DNA of 42,153 nt, from the sequence record SRR22947725_1947. One strand, 5' to 3'. Within the stretch, counting starts at the first letter, position 1; every line of letters begins with the position of its first letter. Position numbers and translations under genes: made by a program. The notes under the pieces were generated by a model. The model was not told where the DNA came from and did not search any database. It was given only the letters and a program-made list of their open reading frames with translations. Below are positions 1 to 7,973 of this stretch, in pieces.

Positions 1-87
1 TGGTAATAGATAATGTATTAACAATCTTCCTTTATCCCAAAATTCTTTGGGCAAGAAAAGCTTTTTAAGATATTAATTCGTAATCAA

Positions 88-1077
88 ATGAAAATATTTT
101 CCTTACTGCTACTCATTTTTCTTTTCCTGAAGTCCTCTTTGTGTGCCAATGAAAAAGCAAATTCTGAGTATAGAAAATATAGTCAAACCTGCATGGGGAC
201 TAAATTTAATTTATTAATCGACGAACAAAATATTCTACTTTCTAACACTGCTGCCCAAAGCGCGTTTAAGGAAGCCCACCGTTTGGATAAAATATTAAGC
301 GATTATAATAGCAACAGCGAGCTTTCGATCCTTTCTCAAAATTCAGGTTCTCCTGATTCTTTCTCCGTTTCTGATGATTTATTTTATGTATTAGCATGTA
401 GCCAAGAGCTCGCAGTTGAAACTGAGGGAGCATTTGATATCACAATTGGACCATTATCGAGATTATGGAGAATTGCCCGATTTAAAAAAGTTCTTCCCAC
501 GAATGAAAAACGATCGAATGCACAAGAGAGAATGGGGTATCAAAATCTCAAGTTAGACTATGGTCGTAAAGAAGCACTATTATTAAAGAATGGAATGGTT
601 CTAGACCTTGGCGGAATTGCAAAAGGCTATGCAGCCGATCGAATGTTTACTATTTTAATGGAACAGAATGTAACCCGATTTTTGATAGATGCGGGTGGTG
701 ATATTTTATTAGGAAACCCCCCTCGAGGAAAAGCGGGATGGAAAATATCAATTGGCGGTAAAAAACACCCCGATTTACCAAATCTTGTACTTGCGAATGT
801 TGCAATTGCAACCTCTGGCGATTTAGAACAATCAATAACCTTTTCAGGAAATACATACTCTCACTTGATCAATCCTAAAACTGGAATCGGCCTTACAACC
901 ATGGCACAGGTCACTGTAATTGCTCCCAACGCCACCCAAGCGGACTCTCTTGCATCCGCATCTCTAGTTCTTGGATCAAAAGAGGGAATTCCATTCTTAG
1001 AAAAAAAGCCCGGCGTTCGGGCGTTTTTTCTTGAGCAAAAGGACAATGAAACCGTCCTTCAGAAGACTAAAGAGTAA
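88..1077 (+). CDS. apbE: FAD:protein FMN transferase (ApbE family), exported
   Basis: N-terminal hydrophobic signal; ApbE motifs MGT, GAFDITIGPL, DLGGIAKGY, GGD, ATSG, SHLINPKTG, AD.LAS. Confidence 0.93.
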   Translation: MKIFSLLLLIFLFLKSSLCANEKANSEYRKYSQTCMGTKFNLLIDEQNILLSNTAAQSAFKEAHRLDKILSDYNSNSELSILSQNSGSPDSFSVSDDLFYVLACSQELAVETEGAFDITIGPLSRLWRIARFKKVLPTNEKRSNAQERMGYQNLKLDYGRKEALLLKNGMVLDLGGIAKGYAADRMFTILMEQNVTRFLIDAGGDILLGNPPRGKAGWKISIGGKKHPDLPNLVLANVAIATSGDLEQSITFSGNTYSHLINPKTGIGLTTMAQVTVIAPNATQADSLASASLVLGSKEGIPFLEKKPGVRAFFLEQKDNETVLQKTKE

Positions 1078-1141
1078 AATTAAATCATTAAAATATTAGA
1101 CCTCACTAGCTGCAATAATTTACTCCATTAGATGATTGAAC

Positions 1142-1170
1142 TTGTCAGATAAAGTTTAATCCTACATTAT
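1142..1170 (+). promoter_or_regulatory. Putative sigma70-type promoter for rpmB
   Basis: TTGTCA-N17-CATTAT, 25 nt upstream of the rpmB ATG. Confidence 0.4.
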
Positions 1171-1195
1171 AAGAATCTTTAATCTATTTATACCC

Positions 1196-1426
1196 ATGGC
1201 TAGAGTATGTGCAATAACAGGTAAGCGTCCTAAAGTAGGCGGACGAATCATTCATAAAGGTGTCAGCAAAAAAGCTGGAGGAATCGGTTTGCAGTTGGTC
1301 AAAAACAACAAGCGAACTTTCCGACCTAATGTTCAGCGGATTCGCGTTAAGTTGGCGAGTGGCCAGGTTAAACGGATGTGGGTATCGGTTAAAGCGATCA
1401 AAGCGGGTAAAATAGAAAAAGGTTAA
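1196..1426 (+). CDS. rpmB: 50S ribosomal protein L28
   Basis: MARVCAITGKRP...KRTFRPNVQ...VSVKAIK, a basic 76-aa L28 signature. Confidence 0.97.
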   Translation: MARVCAITGKRPKVGGRIIHKGVSKKAGGIGLQLVKNNKRTFRPNVQRIRVKLASGQVKRMWVSVKAIKAGKIEKG

Positions 1427-1464
1427 TTTTTTGTGGTCAATGAGAGGCCACTTTCCCACGATCA

Positions 1465-2361
1465 ATGATCGAGGATATCAAATTTTTAAACCGCGATTCA
1501 GGTTGCGTTGAATCAGAGAAAGTGTACGGAGAAAATTGGTTGTCTTTGATTTACGGGACTCCTTTCGGCAAAATTCCTCTGTGGGTTGCCATAAAACGTG
1601 CTTGGTTTTCAAAATGGTATGGGCACAGGATGGACAATCCAACGAGTAAAAATAAGATTACCCCCTTTATCAAGAAATTTGGATTGAATGAAGATGAATT
1701 TCTTAGAAAGCCAAGTGAATATAAAACATTTAATGAATTTTTCAGCCGGCAACTGACCAATAACGCTAGACCGATTGATCCAAACGAAGGTTCAGTTATA
1801 TTTCCAGCTGATGGCAGACATTCAGGAATCCAAAACTTGTCTAAAATTGAAAGCATTTTTGTCAAAGGTCAACAATTTGACTTACCGGCACTCTTTGAAT
1901 CAGATGAATTAGCAAGACCATACCGTGAAGGTTCAATGGTCATTAGTCGCTTGTGTCCAGTTGACTACCATCGTTTTCATTTTCCTGTTGCAGGAATTTC
2001 TTCCATTCCACAATTAATTAACGGCTCACTCTATTCTGTAAACCCAATTGCACTTAGACAAAACATTGGAATCTTTTGGCAAAACAAACGGTATCTTTCC
2101 TTTATTGAAAGTTCAAATGGGGGAAAAGTTGCGTCCTTTCTGGTAGGGGCAACCTGCGTGGGTTCAGTAAAGATTACATCCACATTGCCAGCAAATATTA
2201 CTAAAGGAGAGGAATACGGATACTTTCTTTTTGGGGGCTCATCTGTTTTAACTCTCTTTGAAAAGGACGCCGTTTCGCTTGCAGACGATTTAATAGAATC
2301 GACCACAAGCGGAATAGAACTTTACGCAAAAATGGGACAATCCCTGGGGATTATAAATTAA
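1465..2361 (+). CDS. psd: Phosphatidylserine decarboxylase proenzyme
   Basis: FNEFFSR, PADG, RLCPVDYHRFHFP, VGATCVGS and the self-cleavage motif FGGSS. Confidence 0.95.
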   Translation: MIEDIKFLNRDSGCVESEKVYGENWLSLIYGTPFGKIPLWVAIKRAWFSKWYGHRMDNPTSKNKITPFIKKFGLNEDEFLRKPSEYKTFNEFFSRQLTNNARPIDPNEGSVIFPADGRHSGIQNLSKIESIFVKGQQFDLPALFESDELARPYREGSMVISRLCPVDYHRFHFPVAGISSIPQLINGSLYSVNPIALRQNIGIFWQNKRYLSFIESSNGGKVASFLVGATCVGSVKITSTLPANITKGEEYGYFLFGGSSVLTLFEKDAVSLADDLIESTTSGIELYAKMGQSLGIIN

Positions 2362-2382
2362 ACTATCAAAATTTCTCTCTCC

Positions 2383-2411
2383 TTGCATAAATAAATTTTC
2401 AACTCTACATT
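2383..2411 (+). promoter_or_regulatory. Putative sigma70-type promoter for the prepilin-like gene
   Basis: TTGCAT-N17-TACATT, 15 nt upstream of the ATG at 2427. Confidence 0.5.
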
Positions 2412-2426
2412 TTAAGTCTTATTAAA

Positions 2427-3518
2427 ATGTCTGTACATCGATCTTCCAAATCTGGATTCACTGTTCTTGAGTTACTCGTCGCGGTTTCAGTGACTGCACT
2501 TCTTGCAGGAATGTTACTCAATATAACATCTCAAGTGGTCAAAACTCAAACACAGGCATCCGGAGATCTAGAAACAAATCAAGTTGCGCAGTTTATCTTA
2601 GATCGGATTCAGGAAGACCTACATTGTGCCGTCTACCGAAACGACGGAAATGTTTGGATGGCAGCAACAGTCCTGGAAGATTCAACTACTAGCGGTTCAT
2701 GGAAGGAAGCAAAAGTACCAAAACCAACGAATGAATCTCTTAGAATAACTCCCAATGACTGGTCAGATGGTCCCAATGATCCAATCTCCGATGCGAACAA
2801 TCAAATTTCTCTGATCAATTCTCGATTCGGAATGGCGGGTACTTTTTTTCGCTTTTTTACCATAGCTCCTGAGCTTGACCCCGATTCAACTAACACAGGA
2901 GGTGCACGAGCAATTTCTTACCAAATTGTACGGCATGGCTTAACAGCATCTTCGACTTCCCGTCCTCGATATCAGATATTTAGATCTGATGTATCTGCAG
3001 TACAAACATTTAACGCAGGCTATAATCTGCACCCTAATTCTGGTTCCTACATTCAAACTTCCAATGGGGTTCGTACACCAGGAAATATCAAAAACCCTAT
3101 TATGGATGGAGCTGATGGAGCCTCTACCGACTTTTCACTTGCTTCCAATATTATAGATTTTGGAATTAGAGCCTACCTAATCGAGAAAAATAGTTTTGGT
3201 ACTGGAAATTTAAAACAAATTTTTCCAGATGTTAATGCATCAAGTGGAGGCGGTACTCCCCCGTATGAATATTTGGCTACAAGCAATCCCAACTACAGAG
3301 ATTCAGGAAAACCAAATCGCCTTTATTCTTTCCCTGAAGTTATTGATGTTATGCTTCGGGTAATGACAATTGAAGGGGCATCCGCCATTTCAGCTTATGA
3401 AGAAGGATTAATCCCAACCCCTAAAGGCATGTCCCCTCAAGAATATTGGTGGGAACTCGCAGAAAAAAATTCTGAAGTTTATATACGCAGGATCAGAATA
3501 TTTCCTACTGGCATATAA
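2427..3518 (+). CDS. Prepilin-type N-terminal cleavage/methylation domain protein (minor pilin or pseudopilin, PulJ/PilW-like)
   Basis: Basic leader, then G|FTVLELLVAVSV (G-1, F+1, E+5) and a hydrophobic helix; ILDRIQEDL amphipathic helix typical of J-type pseudopilins. Confidence 0.85.
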   Translation: MSVHRSSKSGFTVLELLVAVSVTALLAGMLLNITSQVVKTQTQASGDLETNQVAQFILDRIQEDLHCAVYRNDGNVWMAATVLEDSTTSGSWKEAKVPKPTNESLRITPNDWSDGPNDPISDANNQISLINSRFGMAGTFFRFFTIAPELDPDSTNTGGARAISYQIVRHGLTASSTSRPRYQIFRSDVSAVQTFNAGYNLHPNSGSYIQTSNGVRTPGNIKNPIMDGADGASTDFSLASNIIDFGIRAYLIEKNSFGTGNLKQIFPDVNASSGGGTPPYEYLATSNPNYRDSGKPNRLYSFPEVIDVMLRVMTIEGASAISAYEEGLIPTPKGMSPQEYWWELAEKNSEVYIRRIRIFPTGI

Positions 3519-3531
3519 AATATTTCAGTCC

Positions 3532-4305
3532 TTAAGCGAAACCTTTTTGTTTACGATATTTAAGCGGAGTCACCTTCATTTGACGGCGAAAATGTTGCGT
3601 AAAGGAACTTTGGTCGTAAAAACCATTTTCTTTCGCAATCACAACAAGCTTTTTGTTGGTCGTAAGCAAGTCATCGCACGCAGCTTCGATCCGAGTTCGG
3701 GTAATAAACTGCATCGGTGCTATTCCAAAAAGTTCAATAAAACCACGATGCAATTTGCGATGGTTTAATTCAGATTCCTTAACCAAATCTGCTATGGCAA
3801 GATCCTTCCTGAATTTTTGGCGAATTAGACCAACAGCACGGCCAATACCATCCTCACGTTCCCATTTAAGTTCTCCATCATCGTGGGGACGCACAGTTCC
3901 CATAATTCCGGTAACATTTCCATCAGTATCAAACATTGGGTATTTATTCGTAAGACACCAACCTGGTAATCCTTGTTTGTTGAAAAACAACTCGAGAATA
4001 TTTAACCTCGGTTTTTTGGTCTCGAAAACTAAGCGATCCTCCCTCCTGAAATGTTCAGCAAGACGAGGAGGAAATAGATCAAAATCCGTTTTGCCCTCTA
4101 AGTCCTTCTCCGATTCTAACCCAAAACGTAATAATAGACTCTCATTCACAAATATGAGTCTGTGGTTTAAATCTTTTATAAAAAAGGAGACTCCCGGTAT
4201 GTTCTCGAAAATCAAACTCAACTGCGCTGCACTAGAGTTTTGATTCTCAAACCAATTATGTAAAAATTTTGTATTACTAAGACTATTTTGCTGAAAATTT
4301 TTCAT
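3532..4305 (-). CDS. AraC-family transcriptional regulator with N-terminal PAS domain
   Basis: PAS segment FFIKD...GKTDFDLFP...KYPMFDTDGNVTGIMG; AraC HTH2 IAKENGFYDQSSFTQHFRRQMKVTPLKYR. Confidence 0.92.
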   Translation of the reverse strand: MKNFQQNSLSNTKFLHNWFENQNSSAAQLSLIFENIPGVSFFIKDLNHRLIFVNESLLLRFGLESEKDLEGKTDFDLFPPRLAEHFRREDRLVFETKKPRLNILELFFNKQGLPGWCLTNKYPMFDTDGNVTGIMGTVRPHDDGELKWEREDGIGRAVGLIRQKFRKDLAIADLVKESELNHRKLHRGFIELFGIAPMQFITRTRIEAACDDLLTTNKKLVVIAKENGFYDQSSFTQHFRRQMKVTPLKYRKQKGFA

Positions 4306-4721
4306 TTATGTTAAAATTGACAATGTCAATAAAGCTAATTTTGTATTTATCATTACAGAAATTTCTTACCACCATAATATATTTTGCCTTTTTTACAATA
4401 GGTTTTTCTTTAAATTTAAAATAACCTGCTGAAGGAAGATGAAATATTTAGTAAAATCATAATAAATTATTCTTATTAAGTATTTACTAAAGTAATTTAT
4501 CGATACCAATATATCAAAGGTTCATTTTAATTTTTTAGTTAGAATAAACCAAAAAAAGATTTTTAAGAATTCCTAATTAAACTAAATTAGGCTGATTATC
4601 TAAATTTAAATTGGTGAAATACTCCAATGGGTTTTGATAACTCTATTTTTATGTTTTAATTTTATTTTTGAACCTCACAAAGTTACGTTTTTTTATTCTT
4701 TTTTTGCTATACTCATGTAAT

Positions 4722-4853
4722 CTAAAAAAATTCAGCACTAACTAGAGGTTTAAAACTTCCTGCTTCCACTGCTGTTTCGACGGCGTCTTTTGGGGGAGCA
4801 CCAATTAATTGGGTGCCCATGATTAGAAGAGAAGTTACAGATAGTATTATTTT
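4722..4853 (-). pseudogene. 5' remnant of a fasciclin (FAS1) domain protein gene
   Basis: Manual translation KIILSVTSLLIMGTQLIGAPPKDAVETAVEAGSFKPLVSAEFF*: signal-peptide-like stretch, then a match to the fasciclin N-terminal motif KDIVDTAVAAGSFKTLVAA. No ATG at the start of the signal peptide; truncated right after the motif. Confidence 0.72.
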
Positions 4854-5028
4854 TTAAAGGTTTAAATTGTATGTCAAAATTTATGACAATACATGTGTAT
4901 TCGTCCGTTGTTTGATTTTGGGTTCAAAAAATCAAACTTTTTTTACTTACATTAAGTCCGGATCTATATTGATAACCCTAATCGAACAAAGATTTTCTAA
5001 TTAGGGGGCAGATTACTAATAAAACAGC

Positions 5029-5283
5029 TTATAACTGGGTACTGGGATAACATATTCGTTTCCATAGCCATAGTAACCTCTTCCAATCTGGCTTAGTTTT
5101 TAGCCTTTAAGATGAAGTAGCTTCAGCTTGGGAGTTATTCATTTTACCAACTTTGAATTGGAAAACGTAATCCGGTTCGGAACCCATGTGCAGATTCGTC
5201 ATGGTTACAAAACCATTGATATCCGACATGGCAAAATACCCCTTGGTGAAGCTTTTTAATTGAACAACGTGGGAATGCCACAA
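5029..5283 (-). pseudogene. 3' remnant of an inner-membrane metal-dependent hydrolase gene (YbcI/YdjM-like)
   Basis: Manual translation LWHSHVVQLKSFTKGYFAMSDINGFVTMTNLHMGSEPDYVFQFKVG...SS*RLKTKPDWKRLLWLWKRI...*. Resembles, from memory, the family C-terminus (L.WFTKGFY...DLRMG.EP.YVF.F.V...LW.RI). In-frame TAA at 5107-5109; N-terminal part missing. Confidence 0.6.
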
Positions 5284-5323
5284 GCTCGAGGCGTAATTAA
5301 ATAAGATAATTAGTAGAAATAGC

Positions 5324-5962
5324 TTACTCTAAATTAAGCTTCTTTAACTTAGGTCTAATCACAAAATTACAATAGCCCTCATTCGGATTCTTCCTGTAAT
5401 AATCTTGGTGGTACTCTTCTGCAGAATAAAAGACGGGTACAGCTACGATTTCGGTAACAACAGGGTCTTCTAATTTTTTACTAAGTTTCTCTTTCCATTG
5501 AATTGCCAATTCTTTCTGCTTATCAGAGAGGTACATTATGGTAGACCGGTATTGGGTACCAACATCTGCACCCTGACGATTCAATGTTGTCGGATCATGG
5601 CAATCTCCAAAGATATCAAGTACTGCAGTAAAGCTGATAACGGCGGGATCGAATGTTATCTTTATTACTTCAGCATGACCTGTATTTCCAGTACAGATTT
5701 GCTTATAGGTTGGATTCAAAATCTCACCTCCAGCATATCCAGAAATTACATCCTTAATCCCATCTAGTTTTTCAAAAACTGCTTCCGTACACCAAAAACA
5801 TCCACCACCTAAAACAATTGTTTCCATATTTACCTTTTTAATAATATCTAATTCAACCTCCTCTAAGTCATTTTTAATCGAGGCTTCCTCTTGACGCAAA
5901 CAACCAGCGTTAATTAGTAGCGCGATCATACAAAAATAAGAATAATATTTCATTTTAATCAT
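5324..5962 (-). CDS. msrA: Peptide-methionine (S)-S-oxide reductase MsrA with N-terminal signal/lipoprotein-like leader
   Basis: GGGCFWC, GYAGG, TGHAEV, HDPTTLNRQGADVGTQYRS, AEEYHQDY, GYC. The true start could be Met4 (5953). Confidence 0.96.
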   Translation of the reverse strand: MIKMKYYSYFCMIALLINAGCLRQEEASIKNDLEEVELDIIKKVNMETIVLGGGCFWCTEAVFEKLDGIKDVISGYAGGEILNPTYKQICTGNTGHAEVIKITFDPAVISFTAVLDIFGDCHDPTTLNRQGADVGTQYRSTIMYLSDKQKELAIQWKEKLSKKLEDPVVTEIVAVPVFYSAEEYHQDYYRKNPNEGYCNFVIRPKLKKLNLE

Positions 5963-7502
5963 AACTTCTTCCGGTTATCCATTCGTGTCCACTTCCAAGT
6001 AAAAGTTTATCTGCCGCCAAAGGCCCCCAAGTTCCTGAGGCATAGCTTTCCAAGCCCTGTCGGCCCTGACTATCCCAATAGTCGAGAACAGGGGAAAGTA
6101 GTCCCCAGGACATTTCCGCTTCGTCGCCACGAATAAAAAGAGTTCCATCACCATTCAAGGCGTCGAGAATAAGCCTTTCGTAAGCCTCTGGAGTATCTGA
6201 ACCAAAAGTTGTTTCATAGCCAAATGCAAGTTTAATTGGCTGAAGTTTTGTTTCTAATCCTGGCGTTTTTGAATTTAAATATAATGTGACTCCTTCATTG
6301 GGTTGAATTCGAATGACCAGTAAATTTGGCGAAACCTTTAGTCGGGAATCTTGACCAAATAATATGGCAGGAGGTCTAGTAAACTGAACAACAATTTCAC
6401 TTGCTTTCATTGCCAGTCTCTTTCCTGAACGCAAATAAAACGGAACGCCCTTCCACCTCCAATTATCTAAATACAACCTCATTGCCGCATAGGTCTCTGT
6501 ACCAGAATCTTGAGGGATGCCCTCTTCATCGAGATAGGCTTTCGTCGGTAAGCCTCCTACTAGACCGGCCGCATAAGAAGCACGAACTACATCCGGGCTT
6601 TCCCCTTCAATAGCCAATGGTTTTAGGGCTTTTAGGGCTTTTACTTTTTCGTCACGAATTGATTCAGGATCCAGGGATGAAGGCGGTTCCATGGCAGTTA
6701 ATGCAAGCAATTGCATCACATGGTTTTGAATCATATCTCGTAGTGCACCACTTTTATCATAGTACCCACCACGATTTCCAACTCCTATGTCTTCCGAAAC
6801 CGTAATTTGTACGCTCGATACATAATTACGATTCCAAACTGGTTCAAAAATTGAATTCGCAAATCGCTGAACAAGCAAGCTTTGCACGGTCTCTTTTCCA
6901 AGATAATGGTCGATTCGAAATACTTGGGATTCATCAAATCGTTTATTAATAACCTGGTTCAATTCATGAGCCGATTGTAAATTCCTCCCAAAAGGTTTTT
7001 CAATAATTACCTTGGAGGCTGTTTCTGTACCACGGTGCCTCTTAGCCAATCCGCTTTCTCCGAGGTTTTCCAAAATCGGCATAAAGACGCCCGGTGGAGT
7101 GGACACATAAAAAAGGCACTGTGCTTTGCAATCAATTTGTTTCTCAATCTTCGAAATCTTTTTCTCTAAAGTTAGAAAACTATTTAAATCATCATAAGCT
7201 CCTGCGTGAAAAATAAGATTCTTTTCTAATGTATTCCAAGTAGATGCCTCAATTTTTCTCCTCGAGTGAGCGTCTAGGGCTTCCTTAATTTCATTTTTAA
7301 ATGATTCATCACTTATCGCGGACCTACCATACCCAATTAAAAAGCATTTCTTTGGTAATAAATTATCTTTGGACAAGTTAAAAATAGCTGGGGCTAGCTT
7401 CCGTGCAGTCAAGTCTCCAGAAGCACCAAAGATTATAATAATCGTCGGGGGCGTTTTTCTATTTAATGAGGTTTTAGAGTCGGTTGTAGAAGTGTTTATC
7501 AT
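5955..7502 (-). CDS. zwf: Glucose-6-phosphate 1-dehydrogenase
   Basis: GASGDL, EKPFG, RIDHYLGKE, RDMIQNH, WKGVPFYLRSGKR, AYERLILD. Confidence 0.98.
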   Translation of the reverse strand: MINTSTTDSKTSLNRKTPPTIIIIFGASGDLTARKLAPAIFNLSKDNLLPKKCFLIGYGRSAISDESFKNEIKEALDAHSRRKIEASTWNTLEKNLIFHAGAYDDLNSFLTLEKKISKIEKQIDCKAQCLFYVSTPPGVFMPILENLGESGLAKRHRGTETASKVIIEKPFGRNLQSAHELNQVINKRFDESQVFRIDHYLGKETVQSLLVQRFANSIFEPVWNRNYVSSVQITVSEDIGVGNRGGYYDKSGALRDMIQNHVMQLLALTAMEPPSSLDPESIRDEKVKALKALKPLAIEGESPDVVRASYAAGLVGGLPTKAYLDEEGIPQDSGTETYAAMRLYLDNWRWKGVPFYLRSGKRLAMKASEIVVQFTRPPAILFGQDSRLKVSPNLLVIRIQPNEGVTLYLNSKTPGLETKLQPIKLAFGYETTFGSDTPEAYERLILDALNGDGTLFIRGDEAEMSWGLLSPVLDYWDSQGRQGLESYASGTWGPLAADKLLLGSGHEWITGRSYD

Positions 7503-7516
7503 TTTAAGATATATCT

Positions 7517-7954
7517 TTAATGCAAGGACTCGTGGAAGATGGCAATATTTTCATGATGAAAAACTTTCACATTTTTATTGCCTGACATAGGTAAATCAAT
7601 TTCTACCACGTCAAACCGGTAAGAAGGGGGACAATCCTGCATTTCTCTAAGATAGGCTTTGAAGGAGCGTAATAAAGCGGTTCTTTTTCTTTTGTTTAGC
7701 GACTCAAACCCTGTGGTAAAAGAGTTTTCTGACCTCGCTCTTACCTCAACAAAAACTAACATTTCTTGATCCATACAGATTAAATCAATTTCATTTCTTC
7801 GGTCTCGTAAACTTCGCCAATTTGAATAAAGGACCACGAAGCCTTTTTTCTTTAAATATTTTCTCCCGAGCCATTCACCATATTCTCCGTTTTCTTTTCC
7901 ATTCTTAAAGGTAGGCTTTATGCCGAAGGTCCATTTCAAAAATTTCCAATACAT
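7517..7954 (-). CDS. YraN family (UPF0102) nuclease-fold protein
   Basis: G..GE....YL...G, NWR, EIDLI, LVFVEVRAR, RFDVV. Confidence 0.9.
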   Translation of the reverse strand: MYWKFLKWTFGIKPTFKNGKENGEYGEWLGRKYLKKKGFVVLYSNWRSLRDRRNEIDLICMDQEMLVFVEVRARSENSFTTGFESLNKRKRTALLRSFKAYLREMQDCPPSYRFDVVEIDLPMSGNKNVKVFHHENIAIFHESLH

Positions 7955-7973
7955 CCTTATTTAGACAAAATTA

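Noticed and set aside
3653-4243. 196-aa + strand ORF and the other short overlapping ORFs in the track
   Set aside because: They are antisense or off-frame shadows of well-supported genes and carry no recognisable motifs.
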